Source: Bugula neritina
Taxonomy: Eukaryota; Animalia; Bryozoa
Assembly: GCA_964035545.1 (NCBI GenBank)
Contig: OZ037768.1
Location: 20,691,700 to 20,755,699, forward strand
Direction of reading: 5' to 3'
DNA length: 64,000 nt
Shown in pieces: positions 48,921 through 61,166 of the stretch. Below the pieces are notes generated by a model that saw nothing but the letters and a program-made list of their open reading frames with translations, searched no databases and was not told the DNA's origin. The translations under genes were made by a program, and so were the position numbers. How positions within the stretch are numbered: position 1 is the first letter of the stretch; every line of letters starts with the position of its first letter.

Positions 48921-51900
48921 ATGGCTACGTTTGATGAAGAAGATTATTTAGAAGCAGAAGATGAACATTTAAATGACATTGTTTCCTTTTCTTCTGACGT
49001 TCAATTCGCTATTGATCAAGTAAGATAATGCAGTTGAACTTTGTGCAACTGTTATTTCTAGCATATTAAAAATTTCTATTTCCTTTTGGATTTTAAAAGT
49101 TACAGTTTGCTCATAATTTTAGCTAGGGCATGCTTAGATTTTGCTTCATATGTTTTGCAAAAGTGTTTGTAATTTTGGAATCACTAAACTGGTCAATGGC
49201 TCTTTATTTGATTACCTAATACAATCCTAAGAACTGTAAGCTTACATTTCATATTTTCTTTGAATAATAAATTTATATTAGCAGTAAAAGAACTAAAGCA
49301 CAAATCACTATTAATTACCTAGAGTTGTGTTTTTGAAATCATAGAATGATAATTTTGCATGTGATTATGTTTGCTGGTGATTACATCATTAGTCTCCCCG
49401 CATTGTTTGACAAATGTTGTTTACCTGCTGTTGTTTTGCAGATACTGATTTCCGATGACCCTCTTGACAAGCCTGATTTCAACGCTGTTGATTATATCAA
49501 TACTTTATTCCCCACGGAACAGTCTCTTGTCAATATTGATGACGTTGTGAACAATATACGAGGCAAAATAAGGTTTCCTTACTGCTATGTTACTAGTACT
49601 TCAACTTCTCATCATTTCCATGTTTGTTGCCAAGTGTGAAATATTCCTTGTTCATGGGAAGAAATTTTTAGAGTTTCTGTCTGCTTATAGAAGTCTTGAT
49701 GGAGAGATCAGGGACGTTGTGAGGGAGCAGAAGACAGCTGGAGAGGATGGTAAAGAGTCTCTGCAGCAAGCTCAGACTGCTATACAAGATCTCTTCACGC
49801 GTATCAAAGACATCAAGACCAGAGCTGAGAAATCTGAGGAAATGGTAAGTTTCTCACACCTTTTATACTTCATGGTGGTCATTTTTGCAATCAAAATTAA
49901 TCAGTTTGAGTATGGGTAATTTCACTTGATGTAGCACACACTTCATGCCTCTAGTTTTTAGTTATTTTTCACAATTTAGCTGCTAATTTATATGATTTTT
50001 TGCCCCAAGTTAATAAAATATTGACGAATACAACTAAATCGTTGTAGGTGAGGGATATAACAAGAGATATTAAACAGCTGGACCATGCTAAAAGGAATCT
50101 TACTATGTCAATCACCACACTTAACCACCTGCACATGCTTGTTGGCGGTGTGGATTCTTTAGCGTAGGTTTCTCTTCTACTTTAGATAAAATTATGATAA
50201 TCAGCAAGTTCTAAAATTTTACAGCTTTAATCATGAGTTAAATAAGGCCCCTTTACATATTTACTTTTTAGGGAATTTTTAAATAATACTTTTGCACTCT
50301 ACACATGTGAATTGAGAGATACTAAACGAAAATCACTTGAAACAGCACGGAGTTGGTTGTCACCCTATATACAAATACTATACTTAGTCACCCCAAATCA
50401 GTGCTGCTTCTAACAACACTCATACTGAACTTGTATTATGTCCTGTTGCAGGAGTATGGCTATACAGAGACAGTACGGGGAGATTGCCCACCTGCTGCAA
50501 GCTGTACTGAATGTTCTGGAACACTTTGAAGATAACTATATGCACATTCCTCAGCTGAAGCAACTTGCTGACAGGTGATACTTTATCTTTCTTATCTCCA
50601 CGTCTTCCTGTGTCTCTCAAATGCTATAATAAACATTTGTATGTGAAGGTTACGCAAAGGTCAACATCTACTGTCAGTAAATGTTTCAAGCAATGTCTCC
50701 TCTTTTACAGGGTCAAGCATATCAAATCAGATTTATCTACGCAAATTATTACAGATTTCAAAGAAGCTTTTGAAGGACCCAATTCTAAGGTAACTCTTGA
50801 ATTTAAGAGGTGATTTTTCATGTTAGTAATGTGTAACTGTTTAATATTTACATTGAATGTATTTCATATACTGTGTACTACGCAATCATAATATCATATA
50901 ATACTCTGTGTGATATAATATTAATATAACACATATTATGTATGATGCCTATTTTATAGTATGGCCCGGGAAACGTTGCCCTGCTAAGTGATGCGTGTAA
51001 AGTGATAGATGTGTTGGACTCTAAGGTGAAGAATGACCTTCTGTCTTGGTTTATAAAACTACAGCTGTCGGAGTACCTGGTGCTGTTTGCTGACAACCAA
51101 GATGTAAGTACTTTTCTATATCTACAATACTACTACTCTATAATACTACTACTCTATATCTACAATATTATTACTCTACAATACTACTACTCTATATCTA
51201 CAGTACTACTACTATATATCTACAATACTACTACTCTATATCTACAATACTACTACTCTATATCTACAATACTACTACTCTATTTCTACAATACTACTAC
51301 TCTACATCTACAATATTACTACTCTATTTCTACGGTATTACTACTCGGCATCTACAATATTACTACTCTATTTCTACAGTATTACTACTCTACATCTACA
51401 ATACTACTACTCTACATCTACAATACTACTACTCTACATCTACAATATTACTACTCTATTTCTACGGTATTACTACTCGGCATCTACAATATTACTACTC
51501 TATTTCTACAGTATTACTACTCTACATCTACAATACTACTACTCTACATCTACAATACTACTACTCTACATCTACAGTACTACTACTCTACATCTACTCT
51601 AGATCTGAACAGATTATTAATGGTGTGTGCAGGTGGCCTGGCTGGATAAAATAGACAGAAGATATGCGTGGATAAAGCGGACGCTGGTTGAATTTGAGGA
51701 AAAACATGGAAAGTTGTTTCCTGAGAGTTGGGAAGTTTCAGAGAGAATCTGTGTCGAGTTCTGCTATTTAACCAGAGATGTAAGTTACTACATGTATATA
51801 ATATAATCAGTATAGTAAGTTACTACATGTATATAATATAATGAGAATAGTAAGTTACCACATGTGTATAATATAATCAGAATAGTAAGTTACCACATGT

Positions 51901-54353
51901 GTATAATATAATCAAAGGAATAAGTTACTAAATATGCATATAATATTATCGAAGAAGTAAGTTTGGCATGTATGCATAATATAACCAAAGATGTAAGTTA
52001 CTGAATGTATTAATGACATCAGAAAGGTAAGTTACTAAATGTGTATAATATGATCAAACAGTTAAATATATGTGATATAACCCGAGAAGTAAGAAGTCAA
52101 GTATATATAATATAACCAGAGAAGTAAGTCACACATACTGTTACAGGAGCTGGCTAAGGTGATGAGCAGACGAGTTCTAGACATTGACGTCAAACTTCTG
52201 CTCTTTGCCATTCAGAGGACTACGGCATTCGAACAGCTCATAGCTAAAAGATATGCTGGAGTAACCATAAACAAGGTAGAGTCAGCACCTGGAGTGTGGC
52301 AGCATTGTCATAATATGATGTTGTACATCACTACGGTGCAATCTAGCTACATAGTAATCTGTATATATAGTGTCTATTCATGTATACTCAATATATTCAT
52401 GTATGTTATGGTATCATGATGAATTATGGTTATGTAATGATTGAGCTCCTATTCATTTATCACATTTTTAGCTATTGACCTTAATGTTGACCTTGAAAGT
52501 TATTGCCTATGTAATACAGTCAGGAAAGCCTATGTTCTGCAGATATATTCCACCAGTCCTAATATATTATATTATATTCTTAATATATTTTTATATATTC
52601 ATAAATATTATATACTCTCGTGTCCTGTAGACTCAACTTGACAGAAAGAAATCTGAACCACAGAAAAAGGATGAAACTGATGCTATGAATCCATTTCTAC
52701 AAGACAACACGGCGGAGGAGGAAGTACCTAAACCCCCTCAAAGCGCGCCATCAGGGACCACCTCTCAGGCTAACCCGTTTGTAGGAATTGTGTCCAAGTG
52801 TTTTGAGACTCACCTCAATATTTACATAGAGTCTCAGGACAGGTACGTTTACTGGCTGCCGAGTTTGTATGTTTGTGTCATAGGCAGCTGAATTACATCA
52901 GTAACTACTTACATGGTACAACCTGTCATCCATAGCGGAGAAAATGTTATGCTGCATGCAAATCTTTATAATACGAAGATATTCAGCTCCAAGCAAGAGC
53001 TATAGCAAACTGTAAAATATTTTCCTGCACTGGGATTCGAACCTCCAACTTGCACCCAATCATTACACCACAGAGGCTACAGTGATCTCAACACTACAAG
53101 CACCACATTATATTTTTGAACTGTAATTTTTTTTCACCGCACGCCATATTGGGTGATTAGACATTGAAATGGGCTTGGTTTTTAAACACACATATATGTA
53201 GTTTCCCCTAATAGCTGCTTGTAGTTTTATGACCAGCTGTCACTTGTGGCCTCATCTATACTTTACATATATATGGCATAATCTACCTGACATGTGTTGG
53301 CAGGAGCTTGGCTGAGCTGATAGACAGGTTTATAAATGACATGAGGTCGTACAAACCTCAGACTGTATCTTCCAGTGAGGAGAGCAACATCCTGCCCAGT
53401 TGCGCTGATCTCTTTGTTTACTATAAGAAATGTATGAAGCAGTGCTCAGAGCTCAGCAACGGGCCGGTGTGTATTATCTGCTACTTATATTCCTTCTACT
53501 GTCTTTCAGTTAAGAGTTATCTTTCCTGTAGATAGGATAACTATTTAGGAGTTATCTCTCCTGTTGATGGGATAACTCTATTCTAATGTTGCACAACATT
53601 TTAAAAAAAATAATTTGCTTGACTCTCTTTGCACTGCTTTCAAGTTGCTGTATCATCAGTTAATACAGGAAGCCAACAAAGTTGGCAGTGTAATGATACA
53701 TAGATGAAGTTTTCTCCTCAGTCTAGTGACAGTACACAACTCCAGCTGCCTTTTTTTATTTTTATTCAATTTCCACCAGTATGAATATTTAATGTCCAAT
53801 GTTGGCTAGAAATATAATTATGGAAGTTCAATATCCATTTTAATTTTACTATATCTAGTGAACAATCATTGTTTATTTGGACAAGCATGTGGTTAACATA
53901 GTCTCTGTAATTGGACTAACTTGTGCAGTATATATTTTATAGACAGGTGATGCATGTTTACTATATTCCATAATAGTAGCTATGTTTTAATATAATATTA
54001 TGTTATGCATCTCATTACACAACTTATATTAAATACTGTATTATGCTCTAAGTTTCTTTTGCCCTTTCTATTACGGCAATATCTTAGTTCTATAACATTA
54101 TTATAGTGTCACATGACTAGTATATACTGCATTGTGTGCTAGTTAAATCTTAATGTTACCCATAAATTACTCAATTCACATTTTTTACCCTGTGAAATTG
54201 CATCATTGCAGCCAATGCTGAGTCTAACTAGAACATTCCAGAAGTACTTGCAGGAGTATGCCAACAAGATCCTACTCAACACATTACCTAAGTAAGTCGG
54301 CCTAATTCCTAATTAGGTCATCATAACATAGTTGTATCTACATGTATGTATGT

Positions 54354-54436
<83 letters not shown>

Positions 54437-57400
54437 CTCAAATTACTTAATTGGTCAAACTGCTTTTTTTCATCCAATAATACCAGCATATTGCAGTTTT
54501 ACAAATATAACTGTTGTTTGCCTGAATGTCTATGTTTTGAATAAACAACAAGACCAGTTGTTTCTATTATTTGATTGGTTTATTTTGTTTAGAGTGTCCA
54601 ATCAGAGTAACCTTAGCACAGCGGGCAGTCTGATACAGTCTATACTAAAGGAGGGGGAAAACTCCAAGTTTAGCGAGCAGGAGCAGAGGTTATGCTGCGT
54701 CGTAATGTGTACATCCGAGTATTGCATGGAAACTTCCCTCCAGCTGCAAGAGAAGCTGAAGGAGAAAACAGACGAGAAACTCTTGCCGCAGATTTCACTC
54801 TCCGCCGAGCAAGATCTATTCCATGGGTGAGTCAAGGTCATTCCAAAGGTCAAGGTCAGCTGATCTGTCCGATAATAGATTCTTACTGATTGGTTCACTT
54901 TTACTATGACTAGTGTACTAGTTAACTGTTACTATGACTAGTGTACTAGTTAACTGTTACTATCACTAGTTCACTTTCACTGTTAATTCTGCATGATATA
55001 TGTTATATCTGTAGAGTGATAACCCACTGTATCCAGCTGTTAGTGCAGGATCTAGAGTCGGCGTGTGAACCAGCCTTACACGCTATGAGTAAGGTAAGAA
55101 ACCAAGCTATGTAGATTTACTGTGTGTCACCTAACCTTTCTATCTCTATCCTATGTGTATAATCTACTGAACTATTCTATATATGCTTTACACTATATAT
55201 AGTTTACTGAGTTTATATATTATGTTCTATGTTTACTTGTAAACTTTATTTTATTCATTTAAATCAATAAGTCATACATTATACTCTACTATGTAAATGC
55301 TTTATTATATATACACTTTGTTTTTATATATACTGTCCTCTAACCTCTATAAACTAATATACACTATAACATGCCATCTATGAACTATATTATAATATAC
55401 TATATCATTACATCTTTAGACTCTGCTATGTACCATAATATACTGTATATAAACTCTACTATATACTGTGTTGCACTGTCTAAACTTTACTATGTGCTAC
55501 ATTATTATTAGTATACTATACTATATCATTCCATCTATAAATTCTACGATATACTATATTATACTGTCTATAAACTCTACTATATATTCTATGTTTAGTT
55601 CTCCTGGAACACATTAGAAACAGTTGGTGACCAGAGTAACTACATCTCCTCCATTATTGTCCACCTCAAGAATAATATTCCTGTGATTAGAGTCAGTCTC
55701 TCCTCCTCTAGGAAGTACTACACGCAGTTCTGTATCAAGTTCGCTAAGTGAGTTAATTCTTCTCTCTGGACCATCTTCTCCCTGTAGCTCTTGTTTATCT
55801 GATCCACTCCCAACTCTCTGCTCAGATGGTGTACAGAGTGTATTTCTCACTTTTCTCGCATAGAAGGCTGTAATCCTGCATGGGTAGCCTAATGGTTGTG
55901 ATGTTATTACTGCGGGTTTATAGTCACCGTCCCTGTGAGAATCCCTGATCGGAGGTTTTTTTTATAAAACAGGCTAAGGACTTATTCATTGTGGCACATG
56001 AGCAATCATGACCTAACATCACTAATGGCCTTTATTGAGATTTGAACTACTGACCTCGTATTTATTAACCCTTAGACCATGGCTGCTCTCTATACAATAT
56101 CTAAATTAGCACCATCAAGTTGTATTCTGCTTTGATAGACCAGCAAAGTGTTATTTTATTTTAACTTGACGCCTGTCACAATTTTTAAATAGCTAAAAGT
56201 CTTGTTAAGAGTTGATATTTCTGAATTATGTGTTATATTGTTGCATGTTGGTGAGAAAGAAATATTTATTTTAATTACAGTGAATTCTGAACATCATCTT
56301 ACAGTATTGTATTCAATGTCATCATTGAGCTAATCCCTTGATTTCTACTTTCTAGTGTGTTTATACCAAAGTTCATCAACAGTCTGTACAAATGTAAGCC
56401 AACTGGAACTGTCGGGGCAGAACAACTCCTACTCGATACTCACTCCCTCAAAACTGTTCTGCTTGACTTGCCTTCTATTGGGTCAAAGGTTAACAGGAAA
56501 GCTCCTGCAAGGTGTGTATGTGTGTTCTTCATGTATGGTGTAGAGTTAGTTTTCAAGTGTATATATACTCTCTTATATTGATATATAATAGTAACTCTAT
56601 AATATATATACTCTTTTACACTGATATATAATATATTAGTAACTCTATATATATACTCTCTTATATTGATATATAATAGTTCATATAGGTTAGGTCCTTG
56701 TAATTGTATATTACATAATTATAGCTTTTAATGTGGAGTAGATACTCATGCCTCTATAAGTTCCCTGCGTTGTATTTGTGTGTCACTTAACCACTTGTGT
56801 GGGAGTTTGGAACAGCTCTGTGTGATAGATACATGCACTGTGTTAGCTCATGACTAGTCTAAACTTTAGAGAGGGTTCTCTGTATTCATTTATTATTATA
56901 TATAATATGGAAGGTTATACGACACATTTATCAAAGCTTAGAATAGAAAATTATCTGTATTTATTAAAATCATTGTAAGCCAAGTTTTTCCAAAGCAATC
57001 TTGAATAAAGAATGTGTGACTCATTTTGTAAATGCTGCTAGATTTATACAAAACTATTTTAGGAAATAAGAAGATATTTAAAAGTATATTTGAAATTTGA
57101 ATATATTATCAATTTCTAAAATATAAATACTTTTTATATAATAAAAAATCTGTTAGTAATACAACATCCCAGTATAACAACTACAACCTCTATAATAACG
57201 GTAGGAAAATGCTAGAAGAAAAAGTATTGTGTGGTATTTCGTCGTACTAACTAATTATGAGTATTCAATTTGTTTAAATACATATCTACAGGCTAGCAAT
57301 TTCATTAGAAATAAATAAACGAGAAACATTATATTTATTGCTTTATTTATAATAATTTGTTTTAATGTAAAAAAAGCAATAATAAAAATGTTTCTAGTTT

Positions 57401-58227
57401 ATTTATTTCTATTCAATAAGTGTATCAGAATTTGTGGCTTTATATATTATATGTATGGCCATAAGTTGTATTGTTGTAGCTATACTAAGATAGTGGTGAA
57501 GGGAATGACAAGAGCGGAGATGATATTGAAGGTAGTTATGTCCCCCCACGACCCCTACCAGGGCTTTGTGGACAACTGCATCAAACTACTCAGTGATACT
57601 GACTTTACTGAGTTCCAGAAAATTCTTGACATGAAGGTAAGGGGGGGGTCTTCGCGTCCTCGTACTGAGTACTAGGGCTATTTTAAACATATAAGTGAGG
57701 GGTAAGTAAACAGAAAGTAAAGGGTAAGTGTTAGTTATCTCCACTAGTATTTGCACATTGTGGCCACTCAACATAACTTTAATTTAGTTGTATGCAGAAT
57801 GTGGAAGTTTTGCTTTTCATTTTATAATACACATCCCGCAGCTTCTAATGTAGTATTAATACTACTGGCCAAAGGTAAACAATTGGGAACTATTAATTGC
57901 TAATAATGAAGTTTATTTCCATATTTAGTTTGATTTATACCATGTTATTGTGGCTAGCTTTAGTTGTGTAGTAGTAGAGTGTTACCTATTGCTCTACAAC
58001 ACACTCTAGTATGCTAATCACTTACACCTGGTGATGAGTATTAGTTTATGCTGCAGGGACTGAAGAGAGGGGAGCAGGCATGTCTTATGGAGATGTTCAA
58101 AGCTCGCTCTCCTCATAACGTGGCTTCTGCTGCCTCTGCCAACTCAGGTGGCTCAGCCAATCAGAACGTAGAACATGACACGAGCAGAATCAGGAAGTTG
58201 GAGCGACTCATTAGAAATAGGATGTAA
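48921..58227 (+). CDS. VPS53: Vacuolar protein sorting 53 (GARP/EARP subunit); exons 48921-49019, 49442-49572, 49691-49844, 50048-50163, 50452-50574, 50711-50789, 50960-51103, 51633-51779, 52147-52275, 52631-52842, 53304-53466, 54212-54291, 54593-54826, 55015-55093, 55599-55747, 56356-56511, 57480-57636, 58057-58227
   Basis: [93 protein letters not shown] and FQKILDMKG. All junctions are GT-AG and in phase. Confidence 0.97.
51112..51600. repeat. Intronic tandem repeat, about 20-bp unit TCTACAATACTACTACTCTA with higher-order duplication
   Basis: Fills almost the whole intron 51104-51632. Confidence 0.9.
51770..52130. repeat. About 35-bp tandem repeat (about 10 units), each carrying the 5' splice site of a VPS53 intron
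   Basis: GTAAGT at 51780 (true donor), 51815, 51850, 51885, 51957, 51993, 52027 and 52124, plus variants at about 51920 and 52089. Confidence 0.88.
52930..53080 (-). repeat. tRNA-derived SINE-like element in a VPS53 intron
   Basis: Minus strand has A-box-like TGGTGTAATGA followed by B box GGTTCGAATCCCA (about 53031-53043). No complete cloverleaf. Confidence 0.5.
54360..54433. repeat. (TA)n microsatellite
   Basis: Directly visible. Confidence 0.98.
55875..56005 (+). repeat. SINE-like repeat with A-box-like head; related to 15795-15886
   Basis: TAGCCTAATGG at about 55885 followed by the shared body. Confidence 0.55.
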
Positions 58228-59977
58228 TGAAGCTTCATTTAATTTGGTGTTTGCTATTTTTCATAAAAAATTATTTTTCAGTCTTGTGTATTTATTGTCT
58301 GATCTATTGGGTCACCTTATTTTATAAAGTCAGCGTATAGTTTGACGTGAATATTAAAATTTTTCTGATGATTTTTAGCATATGCTTTTATTGCATAATT
58401 TAGGAGTTACTTGTTTGACTTAACGCGGGGTTGATGGTGCAGTAAAATATCTATCGTATTATAGGAGTACAAAATGTCCAAAAGAAATGTCATTTGCCTG
58501 TATATAATATTATATTCATGTTTAGTTTTTGCCTTCGAAATCTATTTTATAATGTATGGGCAGAGTTTTATGTTATCTTGTCTTGTGTTATCTAATGGCG
58601 CAAAAAAGGTTTTTTATCCGATTTGTGAGAATATTCCAGTCTTTAAGCACCTAATTATTTAAATTTTCTAATCTATTTCCCCCATTCATTACAAAAAAGT
58701 AACAAAAATATTTTTTAAATTGACCAACTCTGTAAATGTTTAGAATAATAATTGTTTAAGTAAGTATAAGAAACTAGGCATATGTGGTGCTGTAGATGTA
58801 GCATATATATATCATAATAAAATGTCTCTTAATGTAAAAATTCATTTTTTAAAAACTAATGTAGCCTATTCAACTCCCTCACAACACCTTTCTGCTAGAT
58901 AGCAAAGTAGAGCTGATGCACCTTTTGAAACGATAGACAATAAAAAATAAATGGTGCAGCTATTAAAATTTATGAGCAAAGTATTCAGAAGATGTTTCTT
59001 TAAAATTTTCCTATGCAGATTCTGTCACTCCATGTATTTTGTTGCATCATGCAGGAATATTTCCAAAAACAGTAACAAACACTTGGGTTGGCAAACAGGA
59101 AAGCAAAGCCTGTGCTGAATATTGTTTCTTTGTTTTAGTTACATAACTTTAGCTGCATGCTTGTTATATGCTATTCACTTGGAAATATATTAGCTATATC
59201 AACTTCGAAAAGGAACATGGCTGAATGGACAGCTGTTGAACCAGTAGCTGTCTTTGAGCATATGCTTTTGTACATCGCTGACTTTATATAATGGCTGTAG
59301 GCAGCAGCATGATAGACACAATGTTGATTTTACTGGTGAAATGAGTTATTAATTATAAAATAAAAACAAACGGTTTAAAGGCCTGAGTGTTGTTTCAATA
59401 GATTCAATATTTATGCTGACTGCACAACGTTTTCATTTCAAATACTAAAATTTTAACATTGCATTGTTAACTCAATCTCCTTGACCAGAGCAATATTTGC
59501 ACTGCTTGTAATAATAATAGACATTTGATCACAACAGTTACTAAGTTTGTATCTCATGACTAACTTAGTTCTTTTATATTCTATCAAATAGTTTGTTGAA
59601 TGTTTTATTTCAATGTTTGAATGCTGCATAAACACTGGAGACGTTGCATAAAGTCTATATTAGGTCTACCTAAAATGCCCTTGCAACAATACAAGCAGTG
59701 TTAAAAACATAGAAATATATGAGTTTGCAGGTAATTTTTAAATCTAGAGGCATAAATAAATGGTACAGTATGAAATATTTTATTGATGAAATGACAAAGA
59801 ATAATGCCAATGCATAAATTAGTATGATGGTGTACGACTGATATTTGCATAATTGTTGAGATTGTTGCATCTACAGTGTGTCTTTCTTAGCATAGTCAGT
59901 TTTGAAGGCTTTTTAGATACAAAAAGCTATTATTGTTTTTATATAATTGGTTAAAAAAGAAAAGCGTTGAAGCCTGC

Positions 59978-60844
59978 CTACCATCTTGTTTGGATGATTA
60001 TGAATACAGACAATATCATCATACAAGGAACAATAACACTGAGTAAGCTAATGTTCAACATGAAGTCTTCAATGTCGTCGTGATAAATATCGATAAGTTT
60101 CAGAGATATCGCCATAGACATTCCTGTTAAACCAATCGAACAGCAAGAAAGAAACAGAGTGAGAAAAAACAAGCAGTATATGCCCAGTGTTGCCTTTACA
60201 CAGTAACCAGATTCCCAAGCTGGGCGCTTTGAAAACAGGACGTTATTTCTGCTTAACTTGGTGATTATTTGCATCATTAATAAACAGTGTCTCAGAAATG
60301 TAACTGCAAATGCAATACAAGAGTTTACAACTCCAGCAGTCTCTTGTAAGTCTTGAACAGCATCAACTGATTGAAAAGCTATCAATACTTTAATCAAAGC
60401 GATCACTCCATCTTCGGTCAAAATCACAGATATGTTGTTTGCTCGACTCCAATATTTTGTTTTCTCTCGATATTTAATGATTTCCTCATCTGTAAGGCTT
60501 TTGTTGGTACAGCAGCCAGCTATTTTGATGAGACTGTACAGTGGCAAGGAAATCTCACTCAAAATAATGACCCCACTTGTGATAATCAACACAAACCAGA
60601 TGTCTATGTAGACCTGAATATTCTGTTTGTCTGTCACTGTGTCCACAAAACTCTTGTACCCAAACACGTCTGCTATGAAGTCAACTGAACTGAATACTAA
60701 TGCTGCCACAAAGGTGAAGGTCTCCCATTTAATACAGCATTTTTTTGTGGCCGGGCAGTTACATATGACCAGCTCCACTGAAGTCTCACCAAGGTCTTTC
60801 GAAGCATCGAAACAGCAGGCAATGTTTGCCAAAGCGTCAGCCAT
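59978..60844 (-). CDS. Uncharacterised 288-aa Cys-rich multi-pass membrane protein, copy B (inverted paralog of 22074-22940)
   Basis: Intact ORF of the same length, 35 amino-acid differences by manual count (about 88% identity), and a conserved upstream acceptor (CTTTTCTAATTGCTATAG). Confidence 0.85.
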   Translation of the reverse strand: MADALANIACCFDASKDLGETSVELVICNCPATKKCCIKWETFTFVAALVFSSVDFIADVFGYKSFVDTVTDKQNIQVYIDIWFVLIITSGVIILSEISLPLYSLIKIAGCCTNKSLTDEEIIKYREKTKYWSRANNISVILTEDGVIALIKVLIAFQSVDAVQDLQETAGVVNSCIAFAVTFLRHCLLMMQIITKLSRNNVLFSKRPAWESGYCVKATLGIYCLFFLTLFLSCCSIGLTGMSMAISLKLIDIYHDDIEDFMLNISLLSVIVPCMMILSVFIIIQTRW

Positions 60845-60961
60845 GAGATATGCTGTCGGCCTACCTATAGCAATTAGAAAAGAAGTTACTAGCCTGCTTT
60901 TCACTAGAAGCATAAACTCGCATGTAGTATTAGTCTAAAGTTGGTTGTTATATCACCATAA

Positions 60962-61166
60962 AGGCCTAGTTTCAGGCTCGTGAGAATCACACGAAATTGT
61001 TTATTTGACACGAAAACGCAAACATATATGATCAAATTTGAGGGAATTCAAACGAAATCGTCTTTGTTGGGTGCACCCAACAAAAGATGATTTCATTTGA
61101 ATTGTTTCAAATTTGATCGTACCTTTATGTTTCGTGTCAAACAAACGATTTTGTGTGACCAGGCCT
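60962..61166. mobile_element. Palindromic PIF/Harbinger-like MITE (about 205-bp foldback)
   Basis: AGGCCT termini with TCACAC/GTGTGA subterminal motif. The arms are complementary up to the centre TTGTTGGGTG|CACCCAACAA. Flanks TAA/CAA. Confidence 0.75.

Noticed and set aside
51002-51649. 215-aa Tyr/Leu-rich ORF
   Set aside because: A VPS53 exon read through into an intronic tandem repeat.
53025-53080. tRNA gene
   Set aside because: Only A/B-box-like motifs and no full cloverleaf; treated as a SINE head.
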